A stretch of DNA of 55,742 bases, from assembly GCF_000485595.1 (NCBI RefSeq), contig NW_014577074.1, forward strand, positions 743,110 to 798,851, in the 5' to 3' direction. The notes under the pieces were generated by a model that saw only the letters and a list, made by a program, of their open reading frames with translations, did not search any database and had not been told where the DNA came from. Origin of the DNA: Priapulus caudatus. Taxonomy: Eukaryota. Below, one piece after another: positions 23,973-37,444 of this stretch (within the stretch, counting starts at the first letter, position 1; each line of letters opens with the position of its first letter). Made by a program: the position numbers and the translations under genes.

Positions 23973-25071
23973 GTAGTAATAGTAGTAGCAGTAGGAGTAG
24001 CAGTAGCAGTAGGAGTAGTAGTAGTAGCAGTAGCAGTATGAGTACTAATAGTAGTAGCAGTAGGAGTAGCAGAAGCAGTAGCTGTATGAGTAGTAGTAGT
24101 AGCAGTAGTAGTAGCAGTAGCAGTAGCAGTAGCAGTAGCAGTAGCAGTAGCAGTAGCAGTAGCAGTAGCAGTAGCAGTAGCAGTAGCAGCAGCAGTAGCA
24201 GTAGCAGTAGCAGTNNNNNNNNNNNNNNNNNNNNNNNNNNNNNNNNNNNNNNNNNNNNNNNNNNNNNNNNNNNNNNNNNNNNNNNNNNNNNNNNNNNNNN
24301 NNNNNNNNNNNNNNNNNNNNNNNNNNNNNNNNNNNNNNNNNNNNNNNNNNNNNNNNNNNNNNNNNNNNNNNNNNNNNNNNNNNNNNNNNNNNNNNNNNNN
24401 NNNNNNNNNNNNNNNNNNNNNNNNNNNNNNNNNNNNNNNNNNNNNNNNNNNNNNNNNNNNNNNNNNNNNNNNNNNNNNNNNNNNNNNNNNNNNNNNNNNN
24501 NNNNNNNNNNNNNNNNNNNNNNNNNNNNNNNNNNNNNNNNNNNNNNNNNNNNNNNNNNNNNNNNNNNNNNNNNNNNNNNNNNNNNNNNNNNNNNNNNNNN
24601 NNNNNNNNNNNNNNNNNNNNNNNNNNNNNNNNNNNNNNNNNNNNNNNNNNNNNNNNNNNNNNNNNNNNNNNNNNNNNNNNNNNNNNNNNNNNNNNNNNNN
24701 NNNNNNNNNNNNNNNNNNNNNNNNNNNNNNNNNNNNNNNNNNNNNNNNNNNNNNNNNNNNNNNNNNNNNNNNNNNNNNNNNNNNNNNNNNNNNNNNNNNN
24801 NNNNNNNNNNNNNNNNNNNNNNNNNNNNNNNNNNNNNNNNNNNNNNNNNNNNNNNNNNNNNNNNNNNNNNNNNNNNNNNNNNNNNNNNNNNNNNNNNNNN
24901 NNNNNNNNNNNNNNNNNNNNNNNNNNNNNNNNNNNNNNNNNNNNNNNNNNNNNNNNNNNNNNNNNNNNNNNNNNNNNNNNNNNNNNNNNNNNNNNNNNNN
25001 NNNNNNNNNNNNNNNNNNNNNNNNNNNNNNNNNNNNNNNNNNNNNNNNNNNNNNNNNNNNNNNNNNNNNNN

Positions 25072-25123
<52 letters not shown>

Positions 25124-25468
25124 CAGTAGCAGCAGTAGCAGCAGTAGTAGCAGTAGTAGTAGTAGCAGTAGCAGTAGCAGTAGTAGTATAGTAGTAGCAG
25201 TAGTAGTAGTAGCAGTAGCAGTAGCAGTAGCAGTAGCAGTAGCAGTAGCAGTAGCAGTAGTAGCAGTAGCAGTAGCAGTAGTAGTAGTAGTAATAGTAGT
25301 AGTAGCAACAGCAGTAGCAGTAGTAGTAGCAGTAGCAGTAGCAGTAGCAGTAGCAGTAGCAGTAGCAGTAGCAGTAGCAGTAGCAGTAGCAGTAGCAGTA
25401 GCAGTAGCAGTAGCAGTAGCAGTAGCAGTAGCAGTAGTAGTAATAGTAGTAGTAGCAGTAGCAGCAGC
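23973..25468. repeat. (AGTAGC/AGT/AGC)n microsatellite, right of the LTR element, spanning a gap
   Basis: Direct reading on both sides of the N-run 24215-25071. Confidence 0.9.
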
Positions 25469-26602
25469 TTCATCGGTGGGCGGCACCCGCGCATCGTTTG
25501 GTGAGCGAGCCACTGCCGCTGACAAAGAGTCAAAGAGACAAAGAGTCAAACTGTTTTCATCTCGGGGAAAATGGGGAGCAAATGCGATCGGTGATCAATA
25601 CGCCGGGTTGTGAATCTGAGCCACACACGGCACACGCAGCGAGGCAGTGCAGTGCAGTGCAGCGGCTGAACTGTACAGTTCCTCCTCGCGGCGTATCACT
25701 TTACACTGTCCTAATATATCTGCAGTAAGCTCCGAAATGTACCGCGGAAACGGCATCTCATTACTAAAGGAAAACTCGCATGAACATCGGTCGCATGCAC
25801 GCACCCACGCACGCACACACGGACCCCCCCCCCCACCACACACACACCCTAAAAACGGTAAACCCCATCCCCCCCACCACACACACACCCTAAAAACGGT
25901 AAACCCCATATCTCACGCACGCACATGCCCAGAAACACACACTAGTTGACCTGCCCAGGTAAACTTGCAACTGTAAGACAGTAATAGTATGCACACAGCC
26001 GCACTGCACTGATAAAAGCACTGATTCGGTAGGTATATGCGTCACAACAAGCTCATCAGATGCGCTATATAAGGCGCAGAGAATCAAGCGCCTGCACCGG
26101 GTACATGCCCTCTCATTCCACAATACAACGGCACATCTTCGGCACAAAGCCGGCGAATCTGCAAAATGCCATAATCTTGCCTCGATTCCGGCATGTATTT
26201 TTTCAGGGCTCTAAATACGAGGCATCGCTTAGCAACGAGGCAGCTCGTGATGACATCAGCACAGCACAGAGCGCGGGACCGCTGCCGGATAGAATGTTAT
26301 TCCCTCTCAGCGCAAGCGGAGCAGCAGTTTATCAGCTGTCACTGTATAGTACGGCATCAACCCTGTTAGCATGCGCGCGTGTACGGTCGCGTGTGCGTGC
26401 GTGCGTCACGCGAGCGTGCATACGCGCCTGCGTGTATATAAGTACGCAAGAGGTGCGCAGGGCATGTGTTTGTGCGTGCATGTTTGTACATGCGCACATG
26501 GCATGTGTTTGCTTACCGGGACATGCTTGTGCTTATGTGTATGTTTATACGTATTTGTGTGCAGGTGTGTGTGGAAGGGGGCGTGCTTGCGTGCGTGCAC
26601 GC

Positions 26603-26656
<54 letters not shown>

Positions 26657-26961
26657 ATATATATGAGAGTATGTATATATGTGAGTANNNNNNNNNNNNN
26701 NNNNNNNNNNNNNNNNNNNNNNNNNNNNNNNNNNNNNNNNNNNNNNNNNNNNNNNNNNNNNNNNNNNNNNNNNNNNNNNNNNNNNNNNNNNNNNNNNNNN
26801 NNNNNNNNNNNNNNNNNNNNNNNNNNNNNNNNNNNNNNNNNNNNNNNNNNNNNNNNNNNNNNNNNNNNNNNNNNNNNNNNNNNNNNNNNNNNNNNNNNNN
26901 NNNNNNNNNNNNNNNNNNNNNNNNNNNNNNNNNNNNNNNNNNNNNNNNNNNNNNNNNNNNN

Positions 26962-27020
<59 letters not shown>

Positions 27021-29619
27021 ATCTGTAGGTGCATGTATATATGTGCGATATGAGAATACATGTGTGCAACATGAATATATGTGCACACATCAGGTGAATG
27101 TGTGAGGTGAAATCTATGCATGTATGTGTGAGTATGAGTGTGCATGTGTGTGGCCACACGGAAAGTAAATGTGTGCATGTATCTGCATTTGTGTGTGCAC
27201 GAAGTTGTGGGTGTGGGTGTGCATCATGTAACGTGAGGGTGTCTAGATGTCACTTTTGTGTGCGTGCGTGCGTACATGCGTGCGTGCGTGCGTACGTATT
27301 TGTGCGCGCATGAATGTGTGAGTATGCGCGTACATGTGTGCGTGTGTGTGTTTCCACGTGCCATGTATATGTGTGCATGTATGTGTGAGTATAGCACAAG
27401 ACTGACACAATCGCTAGACTGAATCCATAAGTCCTTGCTCAGATCAACAGGAATTGGTAGCGACAAATTTCGCCCTGCCGTACTTGCGTCGCATGCACTT
27501 CTCTTCTCTTATAGTTCCTGTGCTAGCTCACATCTATTCTATCATATTACTATTCCATTCCATTCCAGTACGCGTATACGCGCGCGGATTTTTACATGTG
27601 TGAGTATGTATGCGGGTGCATGCATGCGAGCTCGCGTAATTTTTCTAATGCGAATCTATTATTTCATTTAACTGTTCACGTGATCAAAATTTGAATGTTA
27701 AGGTAAATGTATTTTATTATGAGTCGTTTCACTTGTTTTATGTTTAACTCTTCAGTGAGTTAGCCATATTTTAAAGTTTATTTTATGGTCGCTTTAGTAA
27801 AACATAAAATAAACATCAATTGTGTTTTGACTTTATTGCATCCATTTCAATCCAATATCGTTCATAATTCATTAATTTTAAGGTGTTCGCGTATACAAAA
27901 ACTATCAGTTCAGTTTCACAATATGCCAATTATATATATTTGATATATATTATATATATTTTATATATGCCAATTATATATATATAATTAACTGGAACAG
28001 CGGCCAGCAATAACAGTAGTATATATAGCAATGTTTCTTTCTGTAATAGTAATAGCAGTGCAGAGGCCAAACGTTGAAAAAAGTCCTCACTAGTGACCGG
28101 CATGTCTTTCAGATGAAACACTCAGCGTGCGCATGCGTGCTCGCACGTGCGTGCGTGTGCGTGCGTGTGTCAGTGTGCGTGCGTGTGTGCGGACGTGCGT
28201 ACTGACGTGGGTCAGTACACGCGTGCACGCATGCAAGTGTGCGCCTACACGTATATAGCTAACTGTTTGGCGTACGAACGTCACGACCGCCATTATTAGT
28301 TTAAAGTGGTTCCAACGCACAATGCCCGAATAAAGATACCCATGAAACGCTAATGCAGCAGGAGTGCGCAACATTTTTTCCCCAATGTAGCCACATGTGT
28401 GTTGAATGAAAAGTGAAATTCTCCCCACCAGAAATCCAGCAAACAGTGAAGGGAGAGCTAGTATTGACCAGTATTGACTGGTGGCATTGCGTCACTGTCA
28501 GACAGCCAAAGGTTGGAATGCGAAATGTCAAGTTGTAACCGCCACACACCATACCAGGAAAACTCATATTGCAAACTCAAATTTGTTACACTTTCAAGGA
28601 CAATTTGTCACACTTTCAGTTTCATTGCCCCATTTGTCGCGATTGGCTACAAGTTTGTTAACTTGGTTCACATGCATCTATGCTAAGGAATACAACACCA
28701 TGCAAGGACGATACAATTTTGCAAACAGGATAAAAAAAAATACATCGGCATACGGGTGGTGTTTAAAGTGGTAGAGGCAGTGGCGGTGGAAGGGACGCGT
28801 ATACATAGGCAACGGCGGAGAGGGGTGGTGTTGACGATGTTACAGGTATGGTGAACATGAATTATGGAAATGTCCCAAAAATTTTTTTTTATAAATTATC
28901 TGCAAGAAAGGATTATGTCCTGACCAATTTCTAGATTTTAGCCTATTTCCAATTCCACCTTTAGAAAAATCTATTTTCTTCGTGCATCTTTTTATATAAT
29001 TTTTGTTTGTAATCAATGGGATTAATTATTATTTAAAATTCATGCAGGCAATATTATAACTAGGTCATCCTTGCAATTTAAAATTGCATACATGTTCATC
29101 AATATTCATCTAATTACAACTATGGCTATGCCTTACTGGGTCAACACAGGCCGTTTGCATGGGTTTTCCTTGTAAACAGCTTTGAAAATCAATATATTTC
29201 ACACGCCCCTGAAAATACAGCATTTTTCCACACTACGAACTTGGAAGCACAGATAATTTTATGTAGATACACGCTAGCCTCTAATAAATAGCCATTTTTA
29301 TTTTCACACATCACGACCAGGTAAATGCTAGATTAGAAATAATTTATGAACAAACGCATTTGCTTGAATTGAGCTTATACATTAAACCTCTTTTGGCACA
29401 CAAAATAATGTTCCCAGCATCTCCCAGCAACATGTAAGACCGTGTAAACTAGATGACATTACCATGCTGACCATTGTCATGATATCAGGATGGCTCTGTG
29501 ACGAGGTTATGCGAGTGTGTGCGTGTGCGCGTGCGTGCGTGCGTGCGTGCGTGCGTGTGTTAAATATCTGGTGATTACGCTATCTACTATGTATATACAT
29601 ACATGCAAGAGCGGATAAT

Positions 29620-30377
29620 ACCTAGAGTGTACAACGGAAAAACGGGAAAATAGTGCTATTTCACGACTACATTATTCTACTTTGCCTGCGAGTCTAGAAT
29701 AATTTCATGGTATTGCATTAAGCAGAATTCTTTGCTCTCTAAAACAAGACCAACCGCTTGTCAATACGATACTCCTAGGCGGAGATATCGGCTTCTAAAC
29801 CTCCCCTCCCACATGCCAAACGCCGCCTCGAATACACTTCTGCCAGCATCCTACACGCGGCTAAGCATTTTGGCTATCGGTTTCCGTCACCGCTTGGAGC
29901 GCTGATAATTGATGTCACATGCCCAAATTTGGTACTCTTACTAGCTGCGTTGTAGAGACTTAATTAAAAAAACATTGCCGGCTCCATCATGACGGGCATT
30001 AGCCGTGCTAGGAAAGATAATGGGAGACAAGGGCATAGGCGATGCCCCCGAAAGTCACCTCCACCCTGCACCTGCACCCGAAAATCATTCATAAAATTAT
30101 GGCGGAAAAACCGAACTCTCACGAAGCAACGCTTAGCCGCGTGTAGGATGCTGGCAGAAGTGGATTCGAGGCGGCGTAAGGCATGTGGGAGGGGAGGTTT
30201 AGGAGCCGATATCTCCGCCTAGGAGTATCGTATTGACAAGCGGTTGGTCTTGTTTTAGAGAGCAAAGAATTCTGCTTAATGCAATACCATGAAATTATTC
30301 TAGACTCGCAGGCAAAGTAGAATAATGTAGTCGTGAAATAGCACTATTTTCCCGTTTTTCCGTTGTACACTCTAGGT
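29620..30377. mobile_element. Foldback / long-TIR non-autonomous element
   Basis: Inverted arms 29620-29866 and 30131-30377 (247 bp, about 4 mismatches by eye) around a 264-bp spacer; no TSD identified. Confidence 0.8.
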
Positions 30378-33249
30378 CTAGTATATACATGTGTACTACA
30401 GGGTACTACAATAGTACATGTAACACTTGTCAGCAGACTATGCTGTGTACGAAGGTACGTAAAACAAGTAGCACTTACTTTAACGGGATCGGAACAGGTC
30501 GGTAATCATGAAAATGTTCCGATTAAACGATAATCCCGCCTAAGTGGTGACTACATCGTTCAGCGTGCGTGAGGATAGTTTTTAATGGCATGTATCGTTT
30601 AAGCGATGCGCCGGTACATCCAAGACCCGATAAAGCACGTTCCACCGTATAGTAAATGACGTTGGTAAATATTCACGAAACAAACAATTCCGACTAGGTC
30701 CCCTCAACCATAACCGCAAGAGACGATGATTTACACATGACGATAATCCATACTCTCTGGAGTCTATCGCCTATAATCTTAAGTGAGGATGGATTTAGTG
30801 ACGGTGACCTCATACCTTCACTACTGAAAGTGTGTGGAGGCAAATAGATTTTTGCAACTATATATATTTGCACGCGCACAGTAGAGAAGCAGCCCGAGAT
30901 AATGGTGCTGCCAATGTTGGGCCTCAGGTTGGTACACATGAAATAAAGGTTTAATTCTTCTAATGTCTAATAAATTCCCCTGAAAATTAAAATGTCAAAT
31001 TGCTTGCATGTGACGTGATGATAAGGGTCTCCTGCTTGCACATGACGATTTTGTCAATATCAGGCAAATACGAAAAAATAGTGCATGCACAACGCCTAAA
31101 CAGGTTGATTCTTTGATTTTGATCTGCAGTGAAAGTAAGCCGGAAATACATCTAAATTCTGCTATGGTATCAGCTTGATTTTAGTCACACTCCGATCTTG
31201 GTTCAACTAAAACCGTAAGTGGATGTGTGCAGATTGGGAAGCAGATCGCAGAGTAAAGTTCTGCTAAACTTATCCAATGTAATTTTTATCGCAGATTGCG
31301 ATAATCGGGGGAGAATTCCAACAAGATCAACAAGGCACTCCTCCCAGCGGCTTTACACTCCACTGCTATATATGTTAATCATCAATATAAGCCACGGCAC
31401 AAGTGCAACTGCGACAATCACTGCCAATGAATTGCAGCATAAATTAATGATGCCGCCGATAATAACGAATGGCCAATGTTAGCAACGAATATGATTACCA
31501 CTGATAAAATATTTCCTAGGGTAAATTGGACCGTTACCCAGCGCACCTCCGTAAAGCACACTGACCTCTCCATGGCACACAATACTAGCCTCTCCCTAAT
31601 GAACACTTGTCCGTACCCAACTGTTACGTATACGTACGAATCTGTCGCTGGTATACATTCTGACCTCCTACCACACGCTTCCTGTCACACTTCAATTCTT
31701 TGTGTGCTCCTTTCTCTAGAATTTGCCCCGTAAAGTATGTAACGCCAGCATCTCTCGTGTCTAGTACTGTACCACCTCAGGTTGTGTTATTTTAACATGG
31801 CAGCCTCCCAGAGTGTTACGGAGAAAGATGCTCAACCATTGCGCTCGATGACATAACACCATTAGTCATTAAGGGATATCCTTACAGTACAGCATTACAG
31901 TGCGATAAATAGAAGAAGTGGTACTCCCACGCTTTTAAGTTTTAATGCAACGACACTCTTAACCACAAACGTGACTGTAAATGTGACTTCTCCCAGCACA
32001 TGCTAATAATCAGAAGTAGTTAATAGTAGCCTATTTTCTACTCCTGTAATAATGTACATTAATTTGAAACTGCCTGCAACGTTCACTTAAGTTTCCCGCA
32101 ACAAACCAGCGCTGGCCATTTATTTCAAGAAAAACAAGAAAGCATCGGGTCGCAAATAGGTCACAGGATAGCAGTTTGATAGCCACAATAGACATGCTTT
32201 GCTACGTGCATGCTAATGACAGAAGTAGACTGTCATGAGACAGAATGATATCGGCATACGATCGAGTGTCCTTCTGCTCCAACAGGAGCCACAGCTCTTG
32301 CATTACAGACTGAAAATCAACATAAAGTACAGATTCCTGTCACACGCTGAGAAATCATATTCAAATTAGTTCTCTCAAATGGGAATTTTTTATTATTAAT
32401 CGTTGCATTATGGTCACAGCTAGTCCCCCCCCCCACACACACACACCAGGATGGCTCTATTAAAACATACGTCATTGCTAGTTTCAGACTAGTAGACCAT
32501 GCCACTTAGCTGTCAACGGCACTTTGCTTAACCTGCCCGTACCTAACGTAAATTCTAATGTATCACTACGCCCACCCACTCACGTCTCCACGCACGGACC
32601 GACAACGTTAGATTCATGATCATGCAGCCTCCGTCCGCCCCTCTGCTGCTGCTGCTGCTATCCGAGCGTACATACCGTGCAGCGCGGGGCCTCTCCAACC
32701 AACGCATCAATCAGCACTCATATATACGTCGCAGCCAGAATGAAAGCTACCGTTATGATACACACACATACCATCCACCACCGCCGCGCTCATAAGCCTC
32801 CCGATCTACGACCGCGCTTGCCCTGGTGCGCTCAAGATGTCTATCTTAATGATGACTAAGTGTTGCCGCAGTCGCTGAACAGCAGCGATTAGTTGCCTAT
32901 TTTATGAACTGTCTTACTGTTTATTACCCACGGACCGCTCGCCGCGCCTCCAGGGAGGCGGGCGCTTTTTGTGCGCGGGAGGTGTCTGTCGTCGTGGAGC
33001 GGACAAAAAACTTACAAGCGATGTTTAATTAATGAAATAAGCTGGCCATAAAATTTACAATGAGTACATGTAATTACTGTTGTTCCCAATGCTCCGTCGA
33101 TCAGCGTAGTAGAATTATTGATGAGAGCTGACACCAATGTGCTGCTTGTTTAGTCACACGAACATACCAGTGTTAACTGTTTGCAGAGTGATCTGACGTG
33201 GTTCCTCTTGTACCGTGGTACACGGAAGGGACTGTACTGCTGTGCGCGT

Positions 33250-34945
33250 AGTTGTACCACACTAACCACAGCATACGAGGTTGTACTACAGCATACGAGG
33301 CTGTACCACAGCATACGAAGCTGTACCACAGCATACGAAGCTGTACCACAGCATACGAAGCTGTACCACAGCATACGAAGCTGTACCACAGCATACGAAG
33401 CTGAATTTAACTGGTGTNNNNNNNNNNNNNNNNNNNNNNNNNNNNNNNNNNNNNNNNNNNNNNNNNNNNNNNNNNNNNNNNNNNNNNNNNNNNNNNNNNN
33501 NNNNNNNNNNNNNNNNNNNNNNNNNNNNNNNNNNNNNNNNNNNNNNNNNNNNNNNNNNNNNNNNNNNNNNNNNNNNNNNNNNNNNNNNNNNNNNNNNNNN
33601 NNNNNNNNNNNNNNNNNNNNNNNNNNNNNNNNNNNNNNNNNNNNNNNNNNNNNNNNNNNNNNNNNNNNNNNNNNNNNNNNNNNNNNNNNNNNNNNNNNNN
33701 NNNNNNNNNNNNNNNNNNNNNNNNNNNNNNNNNNNNNNNNNNNNNNNNNNNNNNNNNNNNNNNNNNNNNNNNNNNNNNNNNNNNNNNNNNNNNNNNNNNN
33801 NNNNNNNNNNNNNNNNNNNNNNNNNNNNNNNNNNNNNNNNNNNNNNNNNNNNNNNNNNNNNNNNNNNNNNNNNNNNNNNNNNNNNNNNNNNNNNNNNNNN
33901 NNNNNNNNNNNNNNNNNNNNNNNNNNNNNNNNNNNNNNNNNNNNNNNNNNNNNNNNNNNNNNNNNNNNNNNNNNNNNNNNNNNNNNNNNNNNNNNNNNNN
34001 NNNNNNNNNNNNNNNNNNNNNNNNNNNNNNNNNNNNNNNNNNNNNNNNNNNNNNNNNNNNNNNNNNNNNNNNNNNNNNNNNNNNNNNNNNNNNNNNNNNN
34101 NNNNNNNNNNNNNNNNNNNNNNNNNNNNNNNNNNNNNNNNNNNNNNNNNNNNNNNNNNNNNNNNNNNNNNNNNNNNNNNNNNNNNNNNNNNNNNNNNNNN
34201 NNNNNNNNNNNNNNNNNNNNNNNNNNNNNNNNNNNNNNNNNNNNNNNNNNNNNNNNNNNNNNNNNNNNNNNNNNNNNNNNNNNNNNNNNNNNNNNNNNNN
34301 NNNNNNNNNNNNNNNNNNNNNNNNNNNNNNNNNNNNNNNNNNNNNNNNNNNNNNNNNNNNNNNNNNNNNNNNNNNNNNNNNNNNNNNNNNNNNNNNNNNN
34401 NNNNNNNNGGCGTGCGTGTGGTGCTGTACCGCGGCGTGTGGTGCTGTACCGCGGCGTGTGGTGCTGTACCGCGGCGTGCGTGGCTGTATCGCGGCGTGCG
34501 TGGCTGTACCGCGGCGTGCGTGTGGTGCTGTACCGCGGCGTGCGGTGCTGTACCGCGGCGTGCGGTGCTGTACCGCGGCGTGCGTGGCTGTATCGCGGCG
34601 TGCGTGGCTGTACCGCGGCGTGCGTGTGGTGCTGTACCGCGGCGTGCGGTGCTGTACCGCGGCGTGCGGCGTTGTACCGCGGCGTGCGTGTGGTGCTGTA
34701 CCGCGGCGTGCGGTGCTGTACCGCGGCGTGCGTGGCTGTACCGCGGCGTGCGTGGCTGTACCGCGGCGTGCGTGTGGTGCTGTACCGCGGCGTGCGTGGC
34801 TGTACCACGACGTGCGTGGCTGTACCGCGGCGTGCGTGTGGTGCTGTACCGCGGCGTGCGGTGCTGTACCGCGGCGCGCGTGGCTGTACCGCGGCGTGCG
34901 TGGCTGTACCGCGGCTTGCGGTGGGCTGTACTGCGGCGTGCGGGG
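33250..34945. repeat. 20-23-bp minisatellite spanning a gap, two sequence variants
   Basis: Left unit GCTGTACCACAGCATACGAA; right unit GCTGTACCGCGGCGTGCGTG with a longer variant. Confidence 0.85.
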
Positions 34946-37364
34946 CGGGCTGTGTGGCAGGAGAGCACATGCACAAACCTGGAGGTGGCCGTCTACCAAT
35001 GCAAAACCGACTCACTTGTCGATGGCAGCAACAGAGTTATGAACTATATCCGTTTTTACTGCACTAGCTAAAAAAAGTACCGACACAAATTTACTAAACG
35101 TTCACCTGCACCCTGCAGCCTGGGACGGCTGCAAGCGTGCACGATTGTGTGCCACCATTACAAGGCAATATATCAGTAATACGCGTGCGTCAATTAGAAA
35201 GACGCTTGAGAGATACCGGCCATCTACTTTTCCTCCTGCTTCATACAACCGATGCGCTCCTCCCAATCTGCACAAGGGCCGACTGACTGCTCAGTCAGTT
35301 CGCAGACAGATGCAGTAGTTTTTGTACACGCGAGCTCTGTTTGTAGTGCGGGCAATCAAATATACACCCAATAAGCAAAACTAACATTTCGCGTTTTCCA
35401 AATTTCTCAGAGGCCAAGGTTGCGAATAAAACGCATATGGGGATGATTTCTAATATCCTGTGGCATGTGTTATGACTGACTGATGTCTATTAGTACTCAG
35501 AACCTAATAACGCCGAACTCCATAGTATGTTAGGCGGCACATCGCGACGCTGACGCCATGACGTCATTAGTCACGCTATTAGAAAAAGAATGTTCTGCAA
35601 ATTATTATTGGCAGAAGAAAAAATGATATGCTAACTACTGTCATCCTACTGTAATAACATCATGGCTACGGCTGACGGCGACGGCCTTTTACTACACTTT
35701 GCAATGCAGGATAGTGAATACTGTCATGTTGCATTCATGCCCATTTATCATAGACAAGATGTAAGATGTTGTTCGTCTGTTTTTAAAATTGGGTGTAATG
35801 CGTTTCCTTCCTTAAAAAGTAATAATATCCTCGAGATATATACTGAGGCTATGCCTTATTTTGGCCTCGTTTCAACTGACATCTGTTTTTAGATCATAAC
35901 GTGAAAATGGCTGTAAAGGGAAGAGAATGATGTATCCGATGCATTGAGCAAAACCAGACTACAAGTACAATGATGCATTAGAGAGTTGATTTGCAAGTCA
36001 ATGTGAATGGTAGTTACCAAGGAAAACCGATCTCCAATTAAAAGAATATAAAGTAGTTCATGTAATATAAACATTTTCAAAAGTTTAACAGCTGAAAAAA
36101 GTAACCACAAGAATGAATACGTAAAGCCCCCCCCCCCCCAAACTCGAGCCATGCCTGTCTGCTCTGTAGCAAAGTATAGGAGAAGGTCGTAGCCGCGATC
36201 ATGCAGGGCTATAAGAGTACCTATATACGCGTACACTGTCGTTTATAGTCAAGTAAAACACTTGTGTGACCGCTCCAACGTCCATGAGGCTGCTCATCAA
36301 GCAACAGACGTACAAGCTACATAATATAAGGCTGGACCCTAAACTTCCCTCATGATAATAGATCGAAATAAACAGACACTATATATACGCTGATACTATT
36401 GTGATACGAAAAAAACCAGCTGATTGGCTAGAAACGTAAATGTTATTCTGAGTACTGCCTGTGTTATTACGTTCCGCGAAAAAATGGACCGTTTTAAAAT
36501 AGAACCTCTCGAAATCGACAGTACGTTCTATGCATTTTCACTCCCCTTGCTATTACAATCACCAAGCAAAGTTAGTAATACTTTAGTCTGTAGTAGTAAA
36601 ATTCCTACTGAGTGTGCTATAAGTGAGTGGACTGAAGCTAGTCTCGCCTGCCACCATGTCCGGCTGCATTCACCACTGACAGGGTTGCAGCCACAGCAAA
36701 GTCGCTGCAGCTGCCACCAAGTACGCTTCACATTTACTACACATTTCTACAACACTAGACATCGTTACCAATCAGCGGAGTTATATCTGCAGCTAATTAG
36801 GCGCCTGCCTGTGTGCTGCAACAAGCCTACATGCATCTGCCACATGTATACGAGCTAATCAACGACAGAGAAGCTCAGCTGTCAACGAGAGAACCACTGC
36901 GCGGGCTAGATGATCATTCTCATATGAGAACGAAATGCAACATTCACCTCAACGAATCTACAGCTAGTTAGCATTCACATTAGGATGTGAACTCAAGTTG
37001 TTTAAAAAAAAAAATTCACTATTGCAACTTTCGGTATATTGCATAAGTAGCAAGATGCTACGGACAATCCGTAATTACTACTGCCTCTTCAATTATTGGT
37101 TGTTTTATTAAGATATAATTCCTCAAGAGTGGCGGATAAGATCCTTTGAACAATCCCTCACCCCTTTATTTATTTTAATCACACATGTATTAGCAACATG
37201 CCACACAATAAATCCTCATAATAACGCTGACTGGAGAGCTTGTAATCTCTGTCCACCAACTACTCTGTGATCCTAGCTAAGTTGATTTTAATTAAAACTA
37301 TAACACTTATTCCGTACTCAAATATTCATGAGCCGTGAATAGCGTCTACGACTTAGCGACTTAC

Positions 37365-37444
37365 CTTTATTAGGTTAACGGCTATACTGGAACATGGTGA
37401 GACAACAGTCTTCAGACACCTATCGTGAACCACAAAGTTGCACA
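37365..37444 (-). CDS. DGKQ: Diacylglycerol kinase theta, coding exon (C-terminal half of C1a)
   Basis: Minus strand cttttgcag|TG TGC AAC...ATA AAG|gtaagt translates (V)CNFVVHDRCLKTVVSPCSSIAVNLIK; 80 nt, phase 1 in, phase 0 out, joins the NPVPHCW exon in frame. Not in the ORF track. Confidence 0.93.

Noticed and set aside
23947..25549. ORFs over 500 aa (also 33150-35071, 38533-39197, 40457-41554, 52674-53353)
   Set aside because: They run through N-gaps and microsatellites.
26060..26690. 322-aa + strand ORF
   Set aside because: Mostly (GT)/(GA) microsatellite and gap; the N-terminal part has no recognisable domain.
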